DNA of 59,151 nucleotides, counting the filler, from Dugesia japonica (taxonomy: Eukaryota): the NCBI GenBank assembly GCA_001938525.1. It is 5 parts of 5 records of this genome, joined end to end, with 100 filler letters (N's around TTAATTAATTAA, not from the genome) between each part and the next. Parts side by side here need not be neighbours in the genome. Positions count along the whole stretch, not along the records: positions 19,261 to 29,965 come from MQRL01619182.1; positions 30,066 to 39,482 come from MQRL01451395.1; positions 39,583 to 59,151 come from MQRL01640086.1; 2 more parts are not named here. One strand, 5' to 3'. Made by a program: the position numbers and the translations under genes. Below, one piece after another: positions 25,253-39,659 of this stretch. Each line of letters starts with the position of its first letter. The first letter of the stretch is position 1. Below the pieces are notes generated by a model. It made no database searches. It saw only the letters and a list, made by a program, of their open reading frames with translations, and was not told where the DNA came from.

Positions 25253-28200
25253 GTTATGCTGGAGTTGAATATTCAGGTCAAACTATTCCACAGAAGCCAC
25301 TGTGTACATTAGAAGTAAAACTTAATAATTCCACTCATAATTGCGACCAATTGGTTCATCTCGCTGAAAGTTTTTCACATAATGGACAAATCGAACATGA
25401 CTCTAAAGGTCGACCGTTAACCGAAGAAGCCCAGAAAGACTGGGTTAACATTAGTAAAAATAAATTAAGGTTTGAATCTTTTTTTAATTTTACTAAATTT
25501 AGGTAATTCAGTTGATACTATTGCACGGTCAGATTTAGATCTTCGTGAAGTAGCACAGGAGGTTGGTAGTGATTGGCCAACTCTAGCTAAGGAGCTAGGA
25601 ATGACGAATAATTTTATTAATAAATTACAAATTGAACATATTAATGAAGAAGAAAAAGCATTACATTTATTAATTTCTTGGAGTGAGGACAATAAACATA
25701 TTGCAACGGGAAATGAATTGGATCGGGCTTTGCGAAGAATTGGTAGAGAAGATGTTGTTAAATCTTGTATGAAAAATTTTCAGCGTGTAACTGAAGAGGA
25801 AGAACAAACAAAAGTAAATTTTCATTTCAAGTGCATTCATTAAAAAAATAGTTAACTAAATCACATCAGTTTGCATCATTTATTAAATGCTAATATCTCA
25901 AATAAATTTTTTATATACAGTAAGCAAAAAAATAATTTTATCAATTTTAGTGATAGTAATCGAATAAAGTGATAAGATTATTTTTTTGCTTACTGTATGT
26001 TAAAATAAATATAAAAAATTTTCACAAAAATACTTTCAATCTTTGCATATTTTTTTGTCTATTACTCATTATTAAAATTATTTTCAATTTATGTAAGAAA
26101 TTTTGCCTGAGAATTTATATCCATAGAAATCAGAGAAATAAAACGTTTTCAATTAAATTTCTAAATTAATTATTTCATTTAATATAATTTTTGTATTATC
26201 TTGTTTTATTTTTCTTATATAGTATTTTTTTTTAATTTTGTTTCATAATTTTTAACATTTCTGAAAAATGGAATTTCGGTTTTTATTTATGAGATATTAT
26301 TACGTGATTACCATGTATTATCTTGCCTTTTTTATAGTAATTATACCGAGGACTCTTCTCACTGACTTTGTATTAATTTTGTTAGACATTTTAACTATAA
26401 ATTTTGACAATAATTACAAAAATTAACGTAACGAAATCAATTTTCTTTTCTTGCTTAAAATAAAATTATTTTACTATTTTTTTTGTAAGTAATTTTATAT
26501 AGATATTTGTTAAAAATTTTATGTTGCGAATAGCTATTATAATCACTACTTAAATTCAATACGCCAGTCTTATTTAGGTCGTGTTTCTCTATTTCATTTA
26601 TATTGTCTATAAGATTAAAATGATTGGATAAACGGAAATAGAAAAATTATTTTGTTTAAAAGCTAAAACCTGCAAAACATTTGAAAAAGAATTAGTATCA
26701 GTTTATTTTGTTTTTATACTGTGTTTTAATTCTATTTTCTTCTCTAAAAATTCTAGCTATCATTATTATTCAATTTCTCACGAAACTGAAATCAAATTTA
26801 TTGTTTTAAAATTATTATTAATTAAGTTTATGCATTAGAGAAAAATAGAAATAACAATTTAATTAAAGTGTATTATTTTATTAATACGAATTTTTAATTA
26901 ATGAAAACTTATTGTCATTTTCTTTACTTTATATTAATAGTAGTAATTATTTCAAAAAATGGTACTTCAATTAAAAAATAAAACTTTTAAAAATCTAAAT
27001 TTTGAATTATTTTAAAATAAATTTTATTGAATTCTTTTTTTGGTCAAATAAAATCCAAATTAAATATTGAATATTATAATAGGCTAGACATCAGATGAGT
27101 AGAGAAGGAACAAGAGAAGCATCTTTTGATGTAGACAGCCAAAGTGAATTTCAAGCTCTTTCTGATGAATATGAACAACGAACACATGTTGAAACACTTC
27201 CGACAAACACGGAACAAGGGAAAATGGAACCAGTAGAAATTCCAGATACAGATATAGTTCGAGAAAGTGAATCAATGACAACTAGTGATTTTGAAGATCA
27301 CGATGAAAATCAATCCACTGTGCCTATTGATAATCGTGAGTTAATAATTGAGTCAATTAAAATTTATTATATTTCAGCATTTTTTGAAATCGGTATAATT
27401 TGTTTACATTTCTAGATATTGACCTAAGTCTATTAAATCAATTCGATGAACTGCAATTATCTATTCAGCCGATTACAGATGAAAGNNNNNNNNNNNNNNN
27501 NNNNNNNNNNNNNNNNNNNNNNNCCTTATAAAATATTTCAGTAATAAGCATATTATTACAGTAATTATTAAATGTAAAATAGAATAATTAAGAACTGCTA
27601 ATGAAAATGTGTATTATACAACAATAATATATGTTAAATATAGTAATTATCCAATTGATTATGTTTACAATTATATCATCAAATAGTTAAATATATTAGT
27701 TTTCAGACATACAAGCAAACATTCAATTACACAATATTAAATAATTAAATTAATTAATCTCATATCACAATAATAATGATTCATATTATATTGTAAATTA
27801 TATATATAAAATTTACAAATTACGAGTTAAAATTGTAAGTGTTCTACAATTTATTACTTACAAATTAAAAAATAGATATAATTTATTAATTAATTTAACA
27901 TTATAACTCCAGAAATTCGTTTTCTTTAAACATTTCATTATATAAAAATTAATAGGTATCTCACAAACTTTGTTATGATTTAATTTAAAATATTTAATAA
28001 ATGTAATTTTAATAAATTTTGTTTAATAAGTTTTTCATACTTTATTCTCATCTTTCTGATCCAACTTCATTATGCTCTATCAAAATGTTCAATTCACTGT
28101 TATTACCGGGTTCTCGTGTTTTAGCCCAACACACACACACACAAAAGCTGGCTTACAAACCATGAAAGTAATGCTCTGCATCTGATGGGATGGGAAAGGC

Positions 28201-29402
28201 CTAATATATGATGAAATTTTTACACAAGCTCAGACCTCGAATTAAAGCTTCCGTTATAAAGTGACCTGTACTGGGAAATAGTAAGAATATTCTTTTTCAC
28301 TGAGAAAATTCTAGACCTTGTATATCTTTGATAACTCAACAGAAAATTGATTAATTAGGTTGAGAACAAATAAGTCATCCATTACATTCACCTGACTTAG
28401 CGCTATCCGATTTTTATTTATTTAAACCTCTAGATTTTTTTATGCGGAAAATATTTCAAAACCCAAAGGCCAGAGAAAACTACTTGGATCAATTTATAGC
28501 CGAAAAAGATGCTTCCTCAAANNNNNNNNNNNNNNNNNNNNNNNNNNNNNNNNNNNNNNNNNNNNNNNNNNNNNNNNNNNNNNNNNNNNNNNNNNNNNNN
28601 AAAAAAAAAATGAATAAAATAATCATTTTGAAGTTTTTGGATTAAAATAAATATTTATCCGACAAAATAGAATTTTACTATGAAAAAAATATTTTTCTTT
28701 TACAGATATTAGCAATAATTCATTTTGAAGAGGAGCAATAATTAACGAAAATTTAAATGTCTTGATATGTTTTCACTTTTCTATATTTAATATTAAAATT
28801 CTACATGTAAAATCATTTGACTAAGCTTTCTATTAGTTGCCTCCTAAAATCTCTTTATCTTTAAAATTAATGTTACAAAATATTTTTAGCACGTGGAGTT
28901 ATGGGCTTATAAGTACTACAAATAACTAGTTATCGTGGTATAAATTCATCGTTAATTTTCTGAAAATGACTAATTATGACTTTTTTTTAATTAATTCACT
29001 GAATAAAGAATTAGAGGTTTATAATCCAATAGAATTAATTAATAACTTTTATCGTTTTCTAATGGTTTAGAAATGCAACAAAATCATGAAGTAACACCTA
29101 AATTCGAAAAGGAAAACGACTCAGAAAATCCATCAGATAATTACTTGGAAGAATCTCAAGAAAAGTCAAAAGAAAATACAAATGTATCCGAAGAAAATGT
29201 TACAAATGAAATTCAAGAAGTGTCTGTAGAAGTTACTCAACAAGAATCTCTAAACGAATTTCCTAAAGATATAGAGGTGCCTTCACAAAGTGATTCAGAT
29301 GCCTCAAAATGGCCTGTGGAAGTGTCTTCAGATACGATTCCTTTAGTAAATCCATCTTTAACAGATGATTTCCAAGAAGTTTCAGAATCAACTTTGCATT
29401 GA
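25253..29402 (+). CDS. Ankyrin (ANK/UNC-44-like) 3' exons: 25253-25453, 25503-25813, 27083-27335, 27416-gap, 29071-29402
   Basis: QKPLCTLEVKL (end of UPA domain); death domain DLDLREVAQEVGSDWPTLAKELG...ALHLLISW..ATGNELDRALRRIGREDVV; acidic tail; phase-compatible GT-AG junctions. Linkage of the last exon is inferred across a gap. Confidence 0.8.
27950..28670 (+). mobile_element. mariner (DD34D) transposase remnant in ankyrin intron
   Basis: KVMLCI*WD at ~28165 and HPLHSPDLALSDFYLF (YSPDLAPSD motif) at ~28377. Confidence 0.85.
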
Positions 29403-29965
29403 CCATTGCATTAAAATATCACTTTTCTATAATTCTAAGCCACAACTTTATTTATGTAAAAATCTTCATGATTAGATTTCATTATGATTTTAATGTTATT
29501 TTAGCATGAGACTATAGCTTGCATTAATGTGTTTGTGCAAATAATTTTTAATAACAATGATTATCTTTTTTTCAATCAGAACACCATTCTGCATTGAAGC
29601 CAGTGTAATTTATAATTTTTATGATATTTAATGTTATTATGAATATTGCTACGACTTATTATTATTAGAATGGTTGATCTACTGTGATTTCCATATTTAT
29701 TGATCTCACCTAGTAATGTTTTTATTTGACAGCATCCGATTTGTTTATTTAGATTTTCTTTATATTAGATTATTTATTTCGAATAAAATTGCTGCTGGTG
29801 ACCAAATTTCGATTTTTTCAAATAAAAATATATTTCTAGTAATATTAAATTTTTAAGATTCTAAACTAAAAGTTCATTGAAAAGATTTGCTTTTCATAAA
29901 CAAAAATAAGAACAGTGTGATTTTTAATTTCAAACCAAATAAATCTTAATAAGAATATTGAAAAT

Positions 29966-30065
29966 NNNNNNNNNNNNNNNNNNNNNNNNNNNNNNNNNNN
30001 NNNNNNNNNTTAATTAATTAANNNNNNNNNNNNNNNNNNNNNNNNNNNNNNNNNNNNNNNNNNNN
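29966..30065. other. Artificial scaffold spacer
   Basis: N44-TTAATTAATTAA-N44. Confidence 0.95.
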
Positions 30066-30116
<51 letters not shown>

Positions 30117-30118
<2 letters not shown>

Positions 30119-31975
30119 GGGGTGAAACACCCGGTTTTAACAAGGGAAATCCAAACCAAGGATCTATATTAGAAATAATGAGCTAAAGAAAGAGGCTAAT
30201 TAAGAGTAATTATTAATTTGGTAAATCCAGAACAATCATATTAATTAAGAATTGGAATAAAAAGGCAAATGAAGAAGGAAAATATTAGAGGGACGTAATG
30301 TCAATGTTAATAATCAGAGAAAAATATGATTATCAATTAAAAATGAGAAAATGATAGATAAAATAATAATTAATTATCAAAGATAAAATTAATTAATTTT
30401 TTGCAAAAAAGAAGAATAATTGACGGAAAATCAGTTTTTGAAAGATATCTTCACCTTAGAAGATCATAAAAGATTCTAGTAAGAAAAACTGGACAGAAAA
30501 AGTGACAGAGCAATAGAATTTTTCAACAAGATTACCTTAACATTACCTCGTGTGACGGATGAGTAGTGATTCAGGCGTAGTACTATTTCTCCTTTTACGG
30601 ATTAATTAAAGTTGTATTATTAGCATTGAATTCATTAAAATTGTTGACATACAAGACTACCAACGCAGGAATTGATATATTTACAATGGTTGAGGGTTAT
30701 TTAGTTTGTACTTGACTGTAAATTGGCAATGCAGTAATTACTAAAGTTATGGATACCGCTATTCATAAGGATAATGCCATTGTTAATACGGATATCGGTA
30801 AAATAATTATTATAGTTATTACTGTTAACATTATTACTGGTAATATAATCGGTAGTAGGATTATTTTATTATTATTAAAAATATAGTACTATTGCCTTAG
30901 AAATTAACATCATTGATATGTCTACCACTATAAATACGGTGAATTACCATTAAAAGTAGTTAGAGAAATTCCGATCGCGGTTATTAATATTAAATTCCCC
31001 ATTATTATTAACGTTATTATTAATTTTGGTATTACCCATATGAGTAATGTCTGTACACTTTTTAACATTATCATTCTATTACCATCAATGTGTTTTATTG
31101 ATGCAAGCACTAAACTAAGGCCGACATCTTGCAAAGCTTCTTTTTACCGGTATTGCATGGTGGGAGACGGGTCAGTGTACAGTGAATTTTTCCTTCCTAC
31201 GACGCCTGCATGAATTATATTAATTTTTTAAGATCTACAGGTTAATGATGATCATTAATTTAACTTAATTTAATCATACTTATTATTAATATAGTAAAAA
31301 CTATCATAAAAATATTAAACAGACTTACAGTGTTTCGTCGAGATGTTCCCATTGAATTTCACTGTAGATATAGACGCAGAAAACTCATCATCTTGTTAAA
31401 ACTATTACAATTCGTTATAATTTTATTAAAATAAATAATAATTCGGTCAATTTGTTACTCTTACACAATTAGTTTTGGTTAGGTTTCACATATCATATTA
31501 TTATTTTAATTCTTTTATCGACAATAAAGTTTAATTTATTTTTATAGTGGAGTATAAATATGAAATCATCCTCGATCGTAGAACTGGTCGCACAGTTTTT
31601 AAGCGCTATAGGAACCCGCACAATCGAGATGATGGAGTTCTTGTTGACCGATACAATTTGTCAACAGAGATATGAACGATGAGAGGCAGTGGGACACCAA
31701 TGAGCACTAGGCCTATTATGAGTGGAATGGCCTTGATTGAACCCGTGAAGTTTTCCACTCTACTACAAGCACACAGCCCGCCAATAATGATGACTTCCAT
31801 ACTTCGAGTGAATGGCGTGAAGGGCCTTCTTTCGTTCGAATCACTACAATTTAATTTGACAATGTTTCAATCAATAATGAATGAAAAGTTAAATTTAGAT
31901 GAATTGAGAATTTTTGACGAGAACAAAAGCGAGTTGCATTTAATAATGGAAAGTATAGAAAGAGAATTATATTGA
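30117..31975 (+). pseudogene. Unknown cassette, copy B, 5' part (loosely colinear with 12130-14970)
   Basis: EYKYEIILDRRTGRTVFKRYRNPHNRD (31548) vs ESIWERIVDRRTRRIIFRRHHNPYNRE (14631); shared TTGGGxTGAAACAC and AAATCAGTTTT anchors upstream. Confidence 0.5.
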
Positions 31976-32996
31976 TGTTTAAACAGCAGAAAAATTTTTA
32001 CTATTGTTTAGATTCATTGTTTTAGAGAACTAATAAAATAAGAAAAATATGATATTGAAAATAATGACTTTTGTGAAAATATATCACTTGAAGAAGCAAT
32101 CGAAAAGGATCTAATTATTCCCGAACTTGTATATGTTAATTTAGAAAGCCAAAATAAATTAATAAATTCAAATGAAATGATCGAATGTGGAATATTAAAT
32201 GCATTAGCAAATGAAATCAAAAGAGAGGAAGAAGGGGGAGAAAAATAATTTTAATGAGATTTCAAAAGAAACTAAAACATAAATAATATCACCAATAGAG
32301 ATAAAGAAGTTGTTCCTTTTTATTTATTTTTGTATGAAAAGCTTTTGCGATTAACTTGAAAATTTAATTTAATAAATTAAATTCATTCGATCTTACTTCA
32401 AACTTGGTTGATTTATTAATTTTATTTACAAATAAACATGTTCTTTAATAGAAAAAGAAATTTGTTTTAATTAATTGAATTTGTTGGTTTAATGATTTAA
32501 TTTCAATTGTGTTGAAATACTTTTGTTTAAACTATATTCTTTGGTTCCAAATATTTAGGAAATCCTCATTAATAGTTCATTTCATTTAAAACAATTTGAA
32601 TTTGTTTGAATAATAATTTTGCTACGGTTAATGTAATAAAACAATTTTGCGGTTAAGGGTAAAAATAACGACATTTCGTTTTTCTTTCTCGTCTATTTGA
32701 ATGAAACAATAAATTTTTTGCCGACGAATTAATTCACATTCAATAGATTACTAAAGAAAATAATTGAAATAACAAATTAAACTAGAAATGTAGTATCACT
32801 GAATTTATTAAAAGGATTTTTCTTTAAATCAGACATCTGTCTATATGAGAATTAAGACGGACTAACACTCTGGTCCGCTGGACCCAAATAAAAGGGTAAG
32901 CTCATGCACTCCTTTTAAATGGAGAGTCACTGGGGTCATCCCGAAAATGATCTTAGGACAATCATTAAAATGCTTGTGGTTTTCACGAGTGTGCCC

Positions 32997-35982
32997 CTAC
33001 AGAAAAAATATCTTTTTATATTCGTGAAAACCCAACATAAGTAGTGACTGAAATGGTTTGCAAAAATAAAATATTGCCAGCAGCTCCGTTCTTGTTCTAC
33101 AATACCTCAATTCGTGATTATTTGTTGCGTGTGATCCATACGCTATCGTTTTTTCTTGTCCATTGTTGTCAATTTTTAATAATACGGCACCGATTGTATT
33201 GTAGCTTGCTTCTGTATCCAGTATGAATTCTTTCCTGACATCCGGAAACACTAAAATTGGTGGCTTTGTTAACGCTTCTTTCATATCTCTGAACGATTGT
33301 TCGCAGCTCTCCGTTCATATTAAGTTCTTATTGTTTACACTGCACAGATTTTCTAGTTCTCTAGACTTTTTTGCGTAATACTTTATGAATCTTCTGTAAT
33401 AGCAACATATCGCCAAGAAACTCCTCAATCCTTTCACGCATTTTGGTCTTTCGTATGTCTGTATTGCAGCCGATTTTACTTGATTGGTCTGAACTCCTTT
33501 TTCACTTATGATGTGTCCCAAAAATTTGATCTCTGTTCTTAGTAATTGACATTTTGACGGTCTCAAACGTAATCTTGCTTGATGTATTTTATTAATTACT
33601 TCATCCAGTGTTTTATAATGCTCTTCCCAGTTTTCTGAATATTTTAGAATATCTTCTAAATACACCGTTGTTCCTTTTATTGTACCTAAAAGCTTTGTCA
33701 CGAGTTCCTCGAATGTTCCAGGCACCACAGCTATGCCAAACGACATTCTATTGAAGCAGTATTGATCTGACTTTGTTGAAAATGCTGTTTTATCTTTTGA
33801 CTCCTCTTCATCCGCAACTTGATAGCTAGCATTACATAAATCTAATGAGCTGAAGAATTTAAACTCGCCTAATCTGTCCAGAATCTATTCTACATTTGGC
33901 ATTGGAAATGTTTGTCTTTCCGTAATAACGTTCAGCTATCGAAATTCGAAACAGAGACGAATGTCTTTCTTTTCTTTTTCCCAGATATATATTAATCGGT
34001 GTTGCATGTTGAATTGCAATTTCGTATATTTCCATTTTCAAAAAGTTTTCGTACCTTTTTGTGCATCCTATGTCCCATTTATCCCATTTTATTAAAGATA
34101 TTTGAATGTTTTCTTATCTCGCTCAAAGCTTTTTGACATTTTTCTTCATCTTTATTAATTCTTCCAATATGTTGCTCGATATTGCAAATCCGATCTTGAT
34201 TATCTTTTTCTGTTTTATCTATCCAATGTTGCTCTAATCCAAAACTGGTCTGTAACTCAATGCTACCAATTATGCTTAGGATTACCTTTTCCACAACTAT
34301 GAAATTAATCTATCTAGTACTATTGCCGATCCTCACTTCTACCTCAAATCCCTCTTTGGTACTTAATGAACTATCGTTAGCGCAACGCAATTTATCCTTG
34401 GTTGTTATTACCGAGATATCCTTGAATTTGTTAAACACATCCATACCCATCACATAAATTCTTGCTCCGGTATCCAATAAGCATTCAAACTCCATGATTT
34501 GGATCTTTATCGCAATACTTTATTTACCCTCCATCATATCATATCTAATCAAATCTTTTCCCATTCTTACACCGTTGCGATAGTTGATTCCACTGATGTT
34601 TCTCACTTGATTTCTGATACAAATTTCTTTAAAAATTATAAACGCGTTCTTACACATCATCCTCTATATTATTGATTTGACTATTTTTACTATAACTACC
34701 GATATTTCGGGGATCACCCATTAGATTTTGAGTTCTACAGCTCCTACCATTCCCCCTATTGACAGAGCCTCTATGTTTGGGTTTCTCCTTGATTCATATA
34801 CGTTTGCGTTATATCTGTTGTTACTATATCTAACGTCTATATATCTGTCGTCTTCATATTCCTTATTACTTGTTTCATCATTTTCCACGGCATTGATGTT
34901 AACATGCCTACCCGGAAATGGGAGTTTTTTTACCTCATATTTCATATATTCCGAAGGATATTCGTTTCATCTTTTGTAATCCATCTTTGTGAAACAGTAT
35001 TCGGTTTAATAACCGTTCTTGTTGAATTTTCCGCACTTTAGCTTGCTGTACTGTCTTCTTATATGCACTATATTTCCACATGCGCATCATGTGGGAGGCT
35101 TTCAGTTTGGATACTCCCAACTTATGTGTCCCAATTTGTGACATTTCCAACATTCTATTTTCTCTGTTATGTACTCCCTTCTGGTATTTGACTCTTTGTA
35201 AGTTGATTCCTGCATATTTGGTACCGTTATTTTTGGTTCCGTTTATAATGCCTCCTTGTAGCTACGCATCAATGTTATTACTTTGTCTTTTTGGCGATTC
35301 TTGAAACGTCTCTGATTATTTCTTTTATTTCTTCCAGGTCGGAAACTTTTTTCTTTCTCTTCTCTCTCTTCTCTCTACTTAACTCTTACTTTGCCTTCTT
35401 CTATACCGTTGCGTTTATCAGTATTGCTGATATTAACAACTCTTTTGGCAGATTATGGCTAAGCAGATTATTTGCCAGTTTTTCTACATCGTGGAAGAAT
35501 ACCTCATTATCGGTATCACCCAGCCTGTAACGAATAAATTCTTCTAGGTCTTTAAAAACTTCTCTTGATCTTTCCACAGTCATAGCCTAGCTTCATACCC
35601 CTTTACTTTGTTCTCTGATGCTTCATATCTTTCTTCATGATTCGGGTCTTGATCTTACCGATTACAATCTCTTGTAAATCTTTTGGAATTTCGGCCTCTT
35701 TGAAGGATCACCCGACGTCCCTCAAGAATCTGTCAAGATTGTCGCTTAACTTGAAAGGTCTTGGGTGTAACAAATCTGTTACTAAGTTTTAGCCTGACCT
35801 GGTTGCCATATTAGCAAGAAAAAGGCTATCTTCATAAAAAAACTGAATCAGAATAGTTTTAATATTGAAACAAACATTCGCAATAATTATTTTCTTGAAA
35901 TATTTTAAATTTCAAAATTTGTTTAAATATTTTAATTGCGCATTTAAATTTGAAATCAAACAATTCAAATATCATTCTCACA
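32997..35982 (-). mobile_element. 3'-truncated Gypsy element: 5' LTR ~35809-35982, PBS, gag, protease, RT, RNase H
   Basis: PBS TGGCAACC at 35801-35808 (-); LLDTGA protease; YLEDIL (YxDD); FILDTEAS..IGAVL; ELLAI. No integrase: the element is cut at ~33040. Confidence 0.88.
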
Positions 35983-36699
35983 TTGAATACTATTAATTTA
36001 AAATCTTGCTAAAATGACTTCTATTATTGTTATTTGCATAACAGTTTGAAACAAAATATAAAAATAATCTTAAATTATGATTAAGATTTATATTTAATAA
36101 TTTTTAACATATTAATATATAACTAAATAATATTTCAATAACAAGTATGATTAAAATTTGTTTATTTAGACTAGAGGTGCACTACCAGCGGTCCAGAAAG
36201 GTTTTATGTTCGCCTCTCGCAGATAGTTAAAAACAAAAAATCCCAATTACAGAACTATTCAATTATGAATCCATGTACATAAATTATATTATTAATATTT
36301 ATCCAAATTATTAGATTCCCAGTGAGTGAAAGGTCTAACAAACATTATTCTGACTCTTATTATTTGTCAAGAGCATAAGATGATATTTATCGAATTTTAT
36401 AAATACAATAAAATTTGTTTAGAAGAATTAAGGTTAAATTAATATAATATAGTTGGAATAAAATTAATTACTATAAATAGTAATTGATTTTTTAAATAAT
36501 ATAAACAAATACTAAAATTAGTGATTTGTTTAAATATTTTAATTTTTATTTTGCTAATTTAATTGTTAACTAAAATTTTAATATGGATTTCATATACAAA
36601 AGATAAAAGATCAAAATTTTGATATACACCCTATAAAAATCTAGATCTAAAGCATAAATTCAAATTTAGTTTTTATTCGCGTAAGTTTTAATTTAATAT

Positions 36700-37899
36700 T
36701 TGTTTGGCTTCTAGGTTTTTGGTGTTAATTTTCTATTCTCTTTATTTTGCTTGTTTTTCATTTTCCTTCTCGAGTATCTTTACTAAGGGTAGATACTCAG
36801 AAGCCGGTATAAATTTGATTAACACCGCCTGTGATGAGACCATCTACACTGTGGTTTGTGGGGGACTTTGCGGTATCTTGTCTTTGTAGAAAGTTTATTG
36901 GATGTGATTTGTTGCTACGTTTTTTTCTGTTAATTTCCATTTTTTTTAACAACTAGTCTGAAGAAAAAAGTTTCTTATTTTTATATACAGATCACGGAGA
37001 ACCAAAAATCGTTATTTCGGTGATGGCACACTTCTGATCAGTATTATTCTCGGTATCATACTCCCTCTAGAGAGTTTTCACATTAGCGAGAACAGCGGCC
37101 TCTCAATCCGTACATGATTTAACTATCTCTGCTAGCATGCAGTAATTTCTCTCGGACATCTCACACTCAATTGTTCTTGAAAAGTACCCATAATACTGGC
37201 TGTCTCTCTTATCTCTTTGTTCTCATTGGATAACTTCTTTAATTCCATCCTGTTGATCAACCAACAACTCCTCCTGAGTAGGTTAAATGGTTCTCATTGA
37301 CATCCTATAATAAATTTATCAGTTATCATAACATAAATCAATTTCTCATAATCATTATCCCAGAAATTTTCACAAGAGTTTAATCATTGGTAAGTGAATT
37401 TTCGGTGATTTCATTAAGTTATTAAATTCTCGACAAACATGAGGTTATTTCATTAACAAAATCCGATTGCTTCTCATATTCCTCGTTCTCTAACGACACT
37501 GATTTGATTAATGCTGCTAACCTGGAGGGCTCTCTCAATTGTTGTCGAGATTCGCTTTGCATGGCCCCCCAATTTTCCTGCTTGATTGACCTGCCGTCTC
37601 ATTATTTCCGATAACTGATGTTTATAGTTCCATTCTTGTTGATCGACCCATTCTTGGAGTAGCGTCAACTTTTCTAAGTTCTCTGTGGGGTTGTTTTCCT
37701 GGATCGCCAGCTTCTCTTTTATTTCTCGTATCTGTATATAATTTTGTCGTAGGCGGTCGTGGATAATCTACCAGGGTTCGGTGTCCACCCTCAGCGAATC
37801 CCTCAGTTCTTGCATACTATTAAGTGATTCGGTGGTGAATGACCATCCTCTTGGTACTAGCGATTTCTCTGCTTCTGCAAACATGATTCTCCTTGTCAT
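36700..37899 (-). pseudogene. Unknown cassette, copy C (homologous to 15701-17045)
   Basis: MTRRIMFAEAEKSL..GWSF..DTEPW*IIHDR..LAIQ..YKHQL; MLAEIVKSCTD*EAAVLANVKTL; IPQSP..KFIPASEYLPL. Same segment order as copy A. Confidence 0.6.
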
Positions 37900-38759
37900 C
37901 TAGACACAAATAATAATATTTTTTATAGGTCAGTTTGCACTATGTTAACACTGAATCTTTATCAATTAGTTTAAACAATCATTGACTCATGTATTTAATG
38001 GGCAAAAAATTACAGAAAAATCTCTCATTTTATTTTAAAGAAAAATCTCTGAGATATATAAATCTGATAATGATTCTTAAAATTCTAATATTGGTTGAAT
38101 CAATTAAAAAGTTCAATTCCTGAAGAAGATAATTATCGAAAATTTGGATAACTACCAAAAAAATAAAGAAAAAAAACAAAAGAACATTTTGATTTTAGTT
38201 ATTCATTTAATGAAATCTCAAATGCGATCAATGGTTAAGTCCAGCAACTATTCTTGTAATAATTGTAATTGTAAATTCTGTAATAATGCAAATTTTATGA
38301 AAGAATGTAAAAAGAACATAAAATTGGTGGATGATATCCTCAGTTCAATTACAAGTGGATATCTCATTATTTTATATAACGTTTTAAGAGCAAAGTACTT
38401 TGTTTAATTAATTTATTAACAACTTTGTAATAGAACCACCAAAAATAGTTCTTCACAAAAATATATTACAATTTAATATAAAACTAAGCTATTAAAATAT
38501 AAACATAATTATAATATATAACCGCAATCTGGCGATTTCGTATAAATTTCTAAATATAACATTAATTAGTTAATTTAGTTGTACTAATATCTTTCAATAT
38601 TTGCGCTACATAGAAAACATTTCTAAAAATACAACCAAAAGAAGCGTATGATCCAGTGAGTAGGAATATTATTTTTTCTGAAGAAAGCGTGAAAACAAAA
38701 AAATTATTATTATTAATTAGATACAAAAATTTAATTAACAACAAAGATGTGGAAAATCG

Positions 38760-39170
38760 AAAGCAAAGAATGTAAATTTGATGGAGAAAAGCCAAAGAAC
38801 AAAGTGTTTTGTTTAATTTGTCATGAAGTTCTCAGTGTTATTAAGAAATTTAACTGCAAACGACAACGAAAAATGTCTCAGGAACTCAAAGCTTTTCAAT
38901 TAAGACTGTTACTCTTTAAATAACAATTAAATAAACAATTTGTCATAACAAATTTTAAAAAAATTGAGAAAAAAATCTACCAGTTAAAGAAAGCTATGGT
39001 TGCCAACCAAAGCTTTCTTTAACGTAGGTTACAAGAATCCAAATGTTTGACATGATCTAGTTGTAATGTAGCACGGATCATTGAAAATTCATGCCATTTT
39101 ACTGATGGTGATTTTGTAAAGAATGTATCTAATGTGTCTACACGGAAATGTGTCCGGGTATTTCTCACAA
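38760..39170 (+). mobile_element. hAT (Buster/SPIN, GTF2IRD2-like) transposase N-terminal remnant
   Basis: KVFCLICHEVLSVIKKFNCKR BED-type finger; SCNVARII..FTDGDFVK motif; frameshifted. Confidence 0.75.
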
Positions 39171-39482
39171 CCAAGTGATTTTATGGCTCGTCTGTTTTAA
39201 CTATTGAATCAAATGTGTCTCTGAATTTTATGGGTGTTGATATTATATTCGTGTGTCAATACAAATACTATATAAACTATATCGTTAATTGAAAAGTATA
39301 AATAGAGTAATATATGTATGTCTTCCCTTATATAAATAAATCAAATAATCACCTTTATACTTTATTTTTTATGTATAACACAATATAGGTGTTGGGCTGA
39401 AAAATATTAAAATTATAGAAGGAAATAAATTAAAGAGTAATAAGAAAATGAATTTTAAAAAAAACTAAATAAATAAATAAAT

Positions 39483-39582
39483 NNNNNNNNNNNNNNNNNN
39501 NNNNNNNNNNNNNNNNNNNNNNNNNNTTAATTAATTAANNNNNNNNNNNNNNNNNNNNNNNNNNNNNNNNNNNNNNNNNNNN
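39483..39582. other. Artificial scaffold spacer
   Basis: N44-TTAATTAATTAA-N44. Confidence 0.95.
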
Positions 39583-39625
39583 CCCCCCCTTTGACCTACT
39601 TTGTCCTGGTGTCCTCATATCCTAC

Positions 39626-39659
<34 letters not shown>

